A stretch of DNA of 64,000 nucleotides. It comes from Eledone cirrhosa (lineage: Eukaryota). The notes beneath the pieces are model-generated. The model saw only the letters and a list, made by a program, of their open reading frames with translations, did no database searches and was not told where the DNA came from. The stretch spans positions 44,206,001 to 44,270,000 of the forward strand of contig OZ024752.1 of assembly GCA_964016885.1 (NCBI GenBank). The letters are read 5' to 3'. This document shows, in pieces, positions 13,501 through 23,181 of the stretch (position 1 is its first letter; every line of letters starts with the position of its first letter). The position numbers and the translations under genes are program-made.

Positions 13501-16500
13501 TTACGGGGGTCGATAAAATAAAGTACCAGTAATGCACTGGGATAATTGCTGGCCTTGTGGCAAAAGTAGAAATAATTATTTTATGTTCACTTTCCATTCT
13601 TGCATGGGCCAGACAAGTCATAATTTTGTTGTTTTATATTTTAACCCTTTTGCATTTAAACTGGCCAGAATTCTCTCACCTCTTTCTGTTCAAACTGGTT
13701 GTAATTGGCTGCTTATACTGATGTTAAGGTATTGTTCTCAAAATAAATAACATCAAAATCTCATAGATTCAATATTATGTGAGGTAAAGACTTTACCATG
13801 AAAGTACAATATTAAATATAGGGTAATGTAAATGATAAAGGGTTAAACTTCTAAAATAACACAAGGAAACACCTTGGCTTTAAATACATAGCTGCTCACA
13901 TTTTCCATGACACCAATGCATTTAAAGCACTTAAAATATAAATTTCCTATCTGCCAAACCTCAAATATAATGAGCAAGCATGAGAGCCCTTTTATGGTCG
14001 CTTGCTCTGCTAGAAATAACAGCCAAAGCTTCCTCAAACCACACTCAACCATCTTTAAAATATATATATTGAATAATGTAGCCCAGTGTATACAATTTGT
14101 GAAAGTAGATGGTTTGCTTAAGACTTGCTTTCGATCATAGATCTGCTTGATCAGAGTTGAACTGAAGCTCAACGACAATCTCAAATACAATTAGTTACAA
14201 GAAAAAAATTTGTTAAATCCTTACTCCAGCAAATAATGATGCCATTTCCTTTGAATGACCAAATGGATCGATCTGCCATGCTACTCTAGGACGGGCACAT
14301 TCACCAAATGTCTGTGATAGAAACTCAAAACCCAGAGTATGCTGATCAATAATGGCACTATAGTGGGTTGTTGCTTCATCATTCATCGACCAACCTCCAA
14401 GTATAAATTCCAAACGTCCTATAAATTAAAAAGAAATTTCATCAAAAATTAAATTTCATATTTTCACCAACTTCAGTGTTAGTCAGCTTTCCCGCCCTAG
14501 ATCAGCAACTTCAATAAATCCTCTCCTTACTCAAGTTTTAAATGTTTTCTTTTGTTTTAAATGAATCCATGAATATATAACTTTGATAGGTTTCAGCCAG
14601 TATTGGCCCAGGCCATGCCTAACTTAATAGCACCACCTTGCAATATGTGGCAAAATATACGACAATAACACAAACATTGATGACATCATACTAATTACCT
14701 TCATTAACTAGTTTCTTTACAATATGACGAGTATGATCATCCTGTTCATGCCACCAACGCCAAAAGAAAGCCATTTCTACATATATAAAGCGTCTGGAAG
14801 GATCTTTCAAAAGTTCTTGAATTACAGAATCCAAGATGTATTGTACTCCTGCATTTTGGATCTTTGTTTTGGCTGCAACAAATAAAAATAAATTACATTT
14901 AGAATAAGTAGATTCAGAGTATATTATATTTATATTATATGACAACGGTAGAGTTGCAGAAATAGTTCAGTGGCAGAAAATATTTAGTTTCCTTCCTATA
15001 ATATGGTTCCAATATGAACTGGATACGCCACGACCAACTAGCCAGACCCTCCTCACAATGGTGCCACCCAGTTCCATACTGTAAACATGGTTGGTGTTAG
15101 GAAGGGCATCCAGCAGCCGTAGAAAACCCAGCCCCACTATGAGCAAGACATGGCATGGCCAACAGGCCAGGCCTCCCTCATAATGGGATCACCTAGTTCC
15201 ACACCGTAAATGTGGTTAGGGTTAGGAATGGTATCAAGCTGTGGAAAATCCCAGGCAAAATACAGTTCTATTTGAGCAAGGCACGGCACAGCCAGTTGGC
15301 CAGATTTGTCTCATAATCTGGACGACCATTCTAACCTATGCAAACATTAAAAACTAGACAAACTATTCACTTTTCTGACATTTGTACATTATTCTATGTA
15401 CTATACATGCACCTTTGATGAGTTGTAGTGCACCTGAGCACTGTATATGATAATTTTCATTATTATTTTTAAATGTCCATTACTGAAGTCATCCCTGGAG
15501 TGGTGGGGAGTTGTTGATGAATATATAACAATTCTTATGATATGAAATGTTTTGGTTTATGTCATCAAATATCTGATTGACAGCAACAAATGACAGACCA
15601 ACTTGAGACAACAGCGCAGTCATATTTGATGTATTGTGAAAAATATCTATTGAACACTTCTATGTCAAATATATTGTTATATGCACACTACTCGACATGG
15701 TACACCAAATATATATCTTCTCCTTCTCCCACTTATTCCTGAGAGGGTCGTGGGGACAGAGTCCTCAAATACGCCCAGGATTGTCATCATAACTACCAAA
15801 CACCAGGCCTACTTTCTTCAGTATATCTCCAATTTTTAATCAATTTAAATTTCAGAGTTATTTCCCTTACCCTTCTTGACAAGATTTGTCATAATATTTC
15901 TTTTCATTACAGGCGTAATTTCAATTGATTAAACATTATTTTGGGCTCACTACTAGTGTAGATTGTTAGTCTGCATTTAACTGTATGTTCTACATGCAGA
16001 AGGTGTCCAGGGGGAAATTTTCTAATATCAAATTTATTACTTACCACCATAATAATACTGGTCAACTGTTTTTAGCCAACCAACATCATCATGGGTATGA
16101 GGTACCAAATGGACATTGATAAACCCTTCTTTTACAGGATTACAACTCTGAAAATAGAGAACAAAACAAGGATATATTTAAATTAATGTTTCTTAACTTC
16201 TTTTTTTTTGTATTTGCCGCTCTCCATACACCCACTATGGAGGTACCTGGTACATTATATCGTAGGTCTCCATACTCTCCAGGGAAGGACCTGAGAGTTG
16301 TTCCATCGCTTCTTCTGGTTTAGGGTGGAGAAGGGATCGCGTTATTTGCGTGTTATTGATGTTCAGTCCCAGATCAGCCCTGATCGAGCATACTTAGGAT
16401 CAAAATCATTCCAGCCGTGACCATCTTGTCATTTTAAAGCTGGGATTACATTAACTAATGTCAATTACCCTTAAAACGGTAGGGATCAGCATAAGGGGAA

Positions 16501-17783
16501 ATTTCGCTGCTATTTCTAGCAGATGGCTTGAGTATTGAGTTTCGTGGTAGGTAAAGCGACATTAAGTGTTTAAAGAAATATATATCTGGACAAGCGATAA
16601 TTTTTGTTTTATAATAATAATTGTTTCTACTTTAGACACAAGGCCAGCAATTACCCAGTGCATTACTGGTACTTTATTTTGTTTTATAATAATAATAATG
16701 AAATTATTGTGTACAGTGTTCAGGTGCAATACAACTCATCAAAGGTGCCTGTATTCACACCTTCCTTTACATTTTCTTTAATGTTGTAACATTAAAAGAA
16801 TATATCCTTCTGAAAGAATCGCGAGCAATTTATAATGTTATCTAAGCATTTGTAATGTTATTTAAGTATATATTTAAAACATATTTATGTTATTCTACTG
16901 TAAATTTATTTATATGCTTTGTATAATAAAACTTTCTAAATGAGACAGAAAAAACAACAAAACATAGAATAATGTTTCTATTTACTAAAATGTTAACAGA
17001 TAAAAATATTTAATTTAATTGGCTGAAATCAAACCCGGAACCGTCACTAATTCGTTGAAATCACTAAACAGCTTATCTCCATTTTACAACATAAATACAT
17101 TGTAAAGAAAAATATTGGGTGTTTACAACAGATATGGAGTGAAGGAAATAAAAATATCAGCGGATTCATTTAGAAATAGAGTGTTAGGGTTAGGTTTAAG
17201 TTTAGGGTTCCTTTGTCGGATCATGTGTGTGTGTATATATATGTATGTGCACATGTGTGTGTGTGTATGCGCATATATGTGATTATATATATGTGATTAT
17301 ATATATATGTGTGTGTATGTGCATATACGTGTTTGTATATGCATATATATATGTGCGTGTATGTGCATATATATGTGTATATGCATATATGTGTATGTGC
17401 ATATATATGTATGTGTATGTGCATATATATGTGCGTGTATATGCATGTGTGTATGTGCATATATATGTGTGTATGTGCATATATATATGTATGTGTATCT
17501 GCATATATATGTGTGTGCATATATATGTATGTGTATCTGCATATATATGTGCGTGTGTGTGGACGTGAAAAGATGATGTAAAATAAATATAATGAATCGA
17601 TCGAGATATTTTAAATGCGAATGTTCGATATTTATGTTCAATAATACACAAAGTAAGATATTTCAGTGAGTCTGTTCTTCTTACCTTATAACCGCAAGAT
17701 TGTGTTTTAAAAGGCTGAGCTTGAATATATGTAACCAGTAGAAAGTTAAGAAAAATACACCCAACTCCAGTAGACATCGTCAT
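1599..17783 (-). CDS. MAN2B1: Lysosomal alpha-mannosidase (glycoside hydrolase family 38), 26 coding exons, 993 aa
   Basis: Exons in transcript order, all GT-AG and phase-consistent, total 2982 nt: 17685-17783, 16045-16147, 14699-14872, 14225-14418, 13257-13362, 12888-12985, 12403-12474, 11882-11998, 11519-11722, 11348-11408, 11190-11229, 9649-9718, 9424-9543, 8636-8752, 8018-8147, 7687-7763, 7183-7410, 6484-6599, 5661-5762, 5272-5359, 4270-4356, 3920-4010, 3639-3784, 2735-2881, 2280-2385, 1599-1687. Signal-peptide-like N-terminus ([22 protein letters not shown]). GH38 motifs: [11 protein letters not shown] (Zn ligands), WQIDPFGHS (nucleophile), TMGSDF (acid/base), [18 protein letters not shown]-terminal [10 protein letters not shown]. 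The start could be the ATG at 17777 instead. Confidence 0.95.
2917..3085 (+). mobile_element. tRNA-derived SINE family A (Meta-like core)
   Basis: A-box-like ttggtagag, B-box-like gagttgaaatcc, core ttgcccttcatccttacaggggtcgataaaataaagtaccag, repeated throughout the window. Confidence 0.8.
4530..4975 (+). mobile_element. Two copies of SINE family B (ggttggtgttaggaagggcatccagc core, RTE-type tail)
   Basis: Cores at about 4535 and 4843; tail ctaacccatgcaagtatggataaatggacg...gatgatgat matches the RTE 3' end at 44145-44190. Confidence 0.7.
4975..5195. repeat. Degenerate minisatellite of about 24 bp (ataaagaggaagtcacacacatat)
   Basis: Visible tandem repeat. Confidence 0.75.
6050..6378 (+). mobile_element. 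SINE family B copy with an internal tandem expansion of about 50 bp
   Basis: cagtccacactgtaaagtggtcatgttggtgccatg three times, then the core and ctaacccatgctagcatggaaaatggac...gatgatga. Confidence 0.75.
8310..8528 (+). mobile_element. piggyBac-type MITE of about 210 bp with TTAA target duplication
   Basis: ttaa|ccctttagcattta ... taaatactaaaggg|ttaa terminal inverted repeats. Confidence 0.8.
8908..9115 (-). mobile_element. SINE family A copy
   Basis: ctggtactttactttattgaccctgtaaggatgaaaggcaaag is the reverse complement of the core. Confidence 0.75.
10168..10712 (-). mobile_element. SINE family B copy containing a 28-bp minisatellite
   Basis: Tail catcatcaccatttaac at left, core gctggatgctcttcctaacaccaac at right. 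Confidence 0.7.
10204..10624. repeat. 28-bp minisatellite, 15 copies (acgRgttaaacggttgtcaccttatgag)
   Basis: Near-perfect tandem array. Confidence 0.95.
13400..13578 (+). mobile_element. SINE family A copy
   Basis: gagttcaaatcccaccgaggttaactttgcctttcgtccttacgggggtcgataaaataaagtaccag. Confidence 0.8.
13641..13846 (+). mobile_element. piggyBac-type MITE copy
   Basis: ttaa|cccttttgcattta ... taaatgataaaggg|ttaa; same internal sequence (ggccagaattctctcacctctttc). Confidence 0.8.
15070..15360 (+). mobile_element. SINE family B (two cores in tandem)
   Basis: ggttggtgttaggaagggcatccagc at about 15089 and a diverged second core at about 15213. Confidence 0.65.
17223..17560. repeat. Complex (AT/GT) microsatellite
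   Basis: Iterated gcatatatatgtgtgtatgt; explains several overlapping spurious ORFs. Confidence 0.9.
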
Positions 17784-18058
17784 GTCTTCACATAAATATT
17801 TGGAGAGAAAAAAATGCAATAGTGAAAATTTACAATCGAACGAAAAATAAACAATAAACTATCGTCGTTTAGAGAGTTTAAAAAATATCATAGGAGTGTT
17901 GAGATGTTGATAAACATTACTTAAATAAGGCCAGAACATGTGACATATCTCAACTATCAACTTAATACAAAGTTCGCCGGTTATTTTAGAGTTTGTTCCC
18001 TTGATAAACGCCTTCACCTGATTAGCAATCTCCTCGTGATGGCTTAAACTGCGTTGAC

Positions 18059-18112
<54 letters not shown>

Positions 18113-18113
18113 C

Positions 18114-18740
18114 TAGGTTAAGAATAACGTCCTCGAAAATGAAAGTGGATTTTCTGACAAGTGAATGTGTGTTTTGTTTTTTTTACAGTGAAATTTACGA
18201 TACACTCTTTGTTTATTTACAACAGGTCTCTATAGTGATATGGTGTTAATTAGTATTGCGTGTGTGATTATTTTCTCTTATATATATATGTGTGGGTGTG
18301 TATATATATGTGTGTCTGTATGTATATATATATGTGTGTTTGTATATATATATATGTGTTTGTGTCATCATCATCGTTTAGATGTTTTTGTAATATCTTG
18401 CCAAAGTTGGCACCAACTATAAACAAATTAAGGCCGGGTCATAAGAAGGACAGAGAATGATAAGGGATTTGGGTAAAAACATCTAAACGATGATGATGAC
18501 ACAAACACATATATATATACATACAGACACACATATATATACACACATATACACACCCACACATATATATATATAAGAGAAAATAATCACACACGCAATA
18601 CTAATTAACACCATATCACTATAGAGACCTGTTGTAAATAAACAAAGAGTGTATCGTAAATTTCATTGTAAAAAAAACAAAAAACACATTCACTTGTCAG
18701 AAAATCCACTTTCATTTTCGAGGACGTTATTCTTAACCTA
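18114..18740. repeat. Long inverted repeat (arms about 270 bp, spacer 85 bp)
   Basis: 18114-18389 is the near-perfect reverse complement of 18475-18740 (taggttaagaataacgtcct ... aggacgttattcttaaccta); preceded by (TA)n. Confidence 0.95.
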
Positions 18741-18754
18741 TGACTCCTTTATTT

Positions 18755-18810
18755 ACTGCTATAAATATTTCGATGATAGCCATTGAATGGCTACGATCTC
18801 ATCAGGCAGT
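18755..18810 (-). ncRNA. Minimal type I hammerhead ribozyme
   Basis: Minus strand reads actgc-CUGAUGA-gatcgtagccattcaatggctatcatc-GAAA-tattta-UA-gcagt. Stem I is 5 bp; stem II is long with the canonical G10.1-C11.1 pair; stem III is short and near-palindromic; AUA cleavage triplet. Confidence 0.85.
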
Positions 18811-18992
18811 TAGTCAGTTCTTAGATATGCCAGCTCTGTGTTTATAGTGTTGATGGTATCAGAGGTTATATTTAATTTGTTGGGATTCAACAAGCTTAAA
18901 CATTTTTATGACTGATATAAAGCACTCAACAGCTAAGTAGAGTAAATATACAATATATTAATAAATGGAAACTATATTTATAAAACCATAAT

Positions 18993-19058
18993 TATTTTAT
19001 TATATATATTTCAAGGGCGACCAAGGTAAATTATGGTGCGCTTTCATCAGATAAAATA
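18993..19058 (-). ncRNA. Minimal type I hammerhead ribozyme (left arm of inverted repeat)
   Basis: Minus strand reads tattttat-CUGAUGA-aagcgcacca...tggtcgccctt-GAAA-tatata-UA-ataaaata. Perfect 8-bp stem I and palindromic stem III. Confidence 0.85.
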
Positions 19059-19342
19059 CAGATTTGTTTTAAAAATAAATATTGACATACCCGGAAAAAA
19101 AACAATCTCAACGGTTGAAATTCGCTGGATACATCTATCTTGCCTCTCTCCCTTTTACATGTATTTTCTTCCAACAGTTTCATTTAAATAAACCGTTGTT
19201 TTTTTCAATTTTTCCGACACTCATTTGCATACTCACTCACAACTCTGTATCGCCCTCAAGTATCTCCACTATCCAGCGAATTTCAACCGTTGAGGTTGTC
19301 TTTTTCCCGGTTATGTCAATATTTATTTATAAAACAAATCTG

Positions 19343-19408
19343 TATTTTATCTGATGAAAGCGCACCATAATTTACCTTGGTCGTCCTTGAAATATATATA
19401 ATAAAATA
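19343..19408 (+). ncRNA. Minimal type I hammerhead ribozyme (right arm of inverted repeat)
   Basis: tattttat-CUGAUGA (19351-19357)-aagcgcacca...tggtcgtcctt-GAAA (19389-19392)-tatata-UA-ataaaata; predicted cleavage after 19400. Confidence 0.85.
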
Positions 19409-19704
19409 ATTATGGTTTTATAAATATAGTTTCCATTTATTAATATATTGTATATATATATATATATATATACAAATACATACATACTATATATATATAT
19501 ATGTATATATGTATATATATTACTTTTGCAACGTTTTTGGTATGAAATCGTGTGTCGAAACAAATATTGTTATACTTGGGGAGGGTCATATTGTTATAAT
19601 ATTGCCAGAAATAACAATATGACCCTCCCCAAACCCCAAGTATAACAATATATACATGTGTGTGTGTGTATGGTCCCGTAACTCCCGAGGGAGTCGTAGA
19701 GGAA

Positions 19705-19845
19705 GAATTAACCCCAATACTAGACTGGTACTTTTTTAAAATCAACCTTGAATGAATGAAAGGCAAAGTTGACCTCGTCAGGATTTGAACTCAGAGAGTA
19801 GAGAACCGAAATACTGTAAAGCAGTCTACCAACTCTGCTGTCTCG
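19705..19845 (-). mobile_element. SINE family A copy
   Basis: gaatgaaaggcaaagttgacctcgtcaggatttgaactcag. Confidence 0.65.
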
Positions 19846-20085
19846 TCTAACATTTAAACAAGAGTCATACTTAAGGTTGAACTGTTGTTGTTTGGTCTGA
19901 GGTCAACCCTAATCCAGTAGAGCTGTCATCAAACATATACCAGCTGTGACAGTCCCATATATTTCTTGTGCAGGTAATCCATGAGTGCATTATCCAATGT
20001 GTCCTTTTCTAAGTTGATAGGGTGTGATTTGAGGGAAGTTGGTTGCTATTTCTAGTAAGTGAAGTAACCTTGATGACTGTGCACA

Positions 20086-20296
20086 TATATTGAGGCAGGT
20101 AGACAGGTGCATTATATTGAGGCAGGTAGACAGGTGTATTATACTGAGAAATGTAGACAGGTGTATTATATTGAGGCAGTTAGACAGGTGTATTATATTG
20201 AGACAGGTAGATAGGTGTATTATATTGAGATAGGTAGACAGGTGTATTATATTGAGATAGGTAGACAGGTGTATTATATTGAGACAGGTGTATTAT
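20086..20296. repeat. 27-bp minisatellite (tattatattgagacaggtagacaggtg), about 7-8 copies
   Basis: Visible tandem repeat. Confidence 0.9.
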
Positions 20297-20540
20297 AATC
20301 GTTTTAATTAGAAGAGAAACGGATATTCTTAGATGTTATTTAAATATTTAAAAAATATTTATTCAGATCAAAAAGCACACCTGTTCTGACATTTAGGGGC
20401 TTCTAGGCTTACCTTAATTAATTATTGCTAGGAACCTTATAAGTACATAAAAATACATCAAAGTGAGAAGAGGAAAAAAGAAAAGGAAGAATCTAAAGTT
20501 GGATTTTATTGTATTTTATAATCTAATAGTTTATCACGAC

Positions 20541-20920
20541 ATTGTCACATATGATACTATTGTCACATATGATACTATTGTCACATATGATACTATTGTC
20601 ACATATGATACTATTGTCACATATAATACTATTGTCACATATGATACTATTGTCACATATAATACTATTGTCACATATGATACTATTGTCACATATGATA
20701 CTATTGTCACATATAATACTATTGTCACATATAATACTATTGTCACATATAATACTATTGTCACATATAATACTATTGTCACATATAATACTATTGTCAC
20801 ATATAATACTATTGTCACATATAATACTGTTGTCACATATAATACTATTGTCACATATAATACTATTGTCACATATAATACTGTTGTCACATATAATACT
20901 ATTGTCACATATAATACTGT
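20541..20920. repeat. 18-bp minisatellite (attgtcacatatRatact), about 21 copies
   Basis: Visible tandem repeat; source of the TIVTYN-type ORFs. Confidence 0.95.
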
Positions 20921-20984
20921 GTAAACATTGATATGTTGCACTAATCTCTGTTATTGCTGTTACTGGTAGAAAGATTAAGATAAT

Positions 20985-21550
20985 TGTGGTAGTGGTGGTG
21001 GTGGTGATGGCTGTAGTGGTGGTGTTGGTGATGGTAGTGGTAGTGTCTGTGGTGGTGGTGGTACCTGTTGTAGTGGTAGTGTCTATAGTGGTGGTGGTGG
21101 TGTTTATGGTAGTGGTAGTGTCTATGGTAGTGGTAGTGTCTGTGGTGGTGGTGGTGGTGTCTATGGTGGTGGTAGTGTCTGTGGTGGTGGTGGTGTCTAT
21201 GGTGGTGGTAGTGTCTGTGGTGGTGGTAGTGTCTATGGTGGTGGTGGTGGTGTCTATGGTGGTGATGGTGGTGTCTATGGCGGTGGTGGTGTCTGTGGTG
21301 GTGGTGCAATACAACACAAACAGTACAATATATTCTCTTACAGTAAGATTAAATTCCATATTTACAAATCACATGAGGGTTTTTAAAAAAAATTAATAAG
21401 TTGTAGTAAGAGAAGAATGGTAGGAATGTAGTAGTAATGTGGTAGTAATGTGGTAGTAATGTGGTAGTAATGTGGTAGGAATGTAGTAGTAATGTGGTAG
21501 TAATGTGGTAGTAATGTGGTAGCAATGTGGTAGTAATGTAGTAGGAATGG
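20985..21550. repeat. (GTG)n-derived repeat (20985-21305) and 11-bp gtagtaatgtg repeat (21420-21550)
   Basis: Visible low-complexity tracts. Confidence 0.9.
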
Positions 21551-21899
21551 CTAAATGATAAGACATGTTGCGGCTGTAAAATAAAAGTAGAGATATGAAC
21601 TCATTTAAAACATAACAGTTTAAATTCCACTTTACATAATTAGAGAAAAGTATTAAAAAGTGATTTAAAAAATAAAGATAATAATGAAAATTACTGTGTA
21701 CAGTGCTCAGGTGCACTACAACTCATCAAAGGTGCATGTATAGTACATAGAATAATGTACACATGTCAGGTAAGTGAACAGCGTATGAGTCATGATATAC
21801 ACACAGACACATGTGTGTATGGAGTGGAGAATATCAGGTGTAGTGTTGGTGAATTTTGGGAAGTTTTGAAGGATGCAGTGTCCCAAGGTCTTCATCATT

Positions 21900-22620
21900 T
21901 CCTCTTCATGTCGTATTAAGTTGTAAAGATATCTCAGCTCTCCTGCAGTGACATCTCCTCCATGCTTAAGCAGTTATCTCATCTAGCTCTGTTGCCTTGA
22001 GATACTCTCATCTGTTGTAACAGATGCTCACATCTGTTGTAACAGATACTCTCATCTGTTGTAACAGATGCTCACATCTGTTGTAGCAGATACTCTCATC
22101 TGTTGTAACAGATGCTCACATCTGTTGTAACAGATGCTCACATCTGTTGTAACAGATACTCTCATCTGTTGTAACAGATGCTCACATCTGTTGTAGCAGA
22201 TACTCTCATCTGCTGTAACAGATGCTCTCATCTGTTGTAACAGATGCTCCTGGTTGAAGTTGAAGAGTTTGAGCAGGTTTGATCAATGAAACACTTCCTG
22301 GAGATGTTTCACCTACCTGACTGATCCTTCCTCACCTGTTACCAACATCTATCTTTACCCTTGCTACAGTTAAACCACTTCTTGCTTTTCTCAGCTCCCT
22401 CACAATTCTCAACAGATCTCTAGCATCATTTCTCAATACTCTTTCTTGCCCTTTTCTTCAAGCTATGTTCTCTTCTCCTTCCTACAACTCCTTATTACAT
22501 GTCTGTAATTCATTGTCTCGTTATTTCCGTGTCTGTACAGTCTTCACCTGGTCCTTTTAAAGGTTTTTGCTTCTTTCTTCCTGTCAATGAAACTTCAAAT
22601 TACTTTGTCAGCAATTGATG
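21900..22620 (-). mobile_element. Heavily decayed LINE (RTE-like) remnant interrupted by a minisatellite
   Basis: Minus strand gives EEGSVR*VKHLQEVF, resembling the RW.EHF.E.LN linker motif of RTE ORFs; many stops and indels. Confidence 0.4.
22000..22250. repeat. 22-bp minisatellite (agatRctcWcatctgttgtaac), about 11 copies
   Basis: Visible tandem repeat; the unit is self-complementary (acagatg..catctgt). Confidence 0.9.
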
Positions 22621-23181
22621 TGACGACATCTTGGAAATGAGTCAAATATCCCTGATGATTAAACCCTCTCTTTGAAGCTTGAAAATTGTTATTGATTGTC
22701 TCTGGGAATCTGGTTGAAGTTTCCACCTGCGAAAGAACCTCCTCCATTGCATAGAGGAGCAGAGACAGGAGACAGGAGAGGGAGAGAGAGAGAGCTACAT
22801 TTAATTAGACGTTACAACAAAGAATGTTGGTATTTCCTTTTAAACATTGTTTTGGCAAACCAAGACTCTTCATTGCTCTACAGGTGATAGCGAGACTAAA
22901 TCGCTGGAATAGCCAAGCACCCTCACCAATACACTTGATATTTCAGTAAAATATATCTCAAATTGTTTCCACACACACACACTGCGACATATAACAGTTC
23001 TAACAGTTAAAAAGGTTGTCTATCTAAGAGTATATACACACAATGTGAACTTGTCCCCCTTCTTTTAATTCAAGATTGTAATTTAAGTCTTAATCGCTCA
23101 TTACGTTATAAGAAATATTCAAGTGGAGATAACTCTGTGAGGTATAGTAGGTGGCGCTGATGATCAGCTAAATCATTCAAT

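Larger units (their letters stand above)
18945..19456. mobile_element. Hammerhead-bearing inverted repeat element (arms about 185 bp, spacer about 140 bp), Penelope-terminus-like
   Basis: 18945-19131 is the reverse complement of 19270-19456 with a few substitutions; each arm carries a hammerhead and the right arm runs into (TA)n. Confidence 0.75.

Noticed and set aside
17183-17210. Telomere-like ttagggttaggtttaagtttaggg
   Set aside because: Only a few degenerate units; not an interstitial telomere array
20463-21396. Long ORFs (poly-T/H/V, TIVTYN, IICDNS)
   Set aside because: Translations of tandem repeats with no splice or homology support
22645-22700. CUGAUGA...GAAA at 22652-22684
   Set aside because: No stem I or stem III pairing; chance or fully decayed
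23156-23170. CUGAUGA just upstream of the SRP68 ATG
   Set aside because: Part of a small gctgat/atcagc hairpin; no GAAA partner or D box
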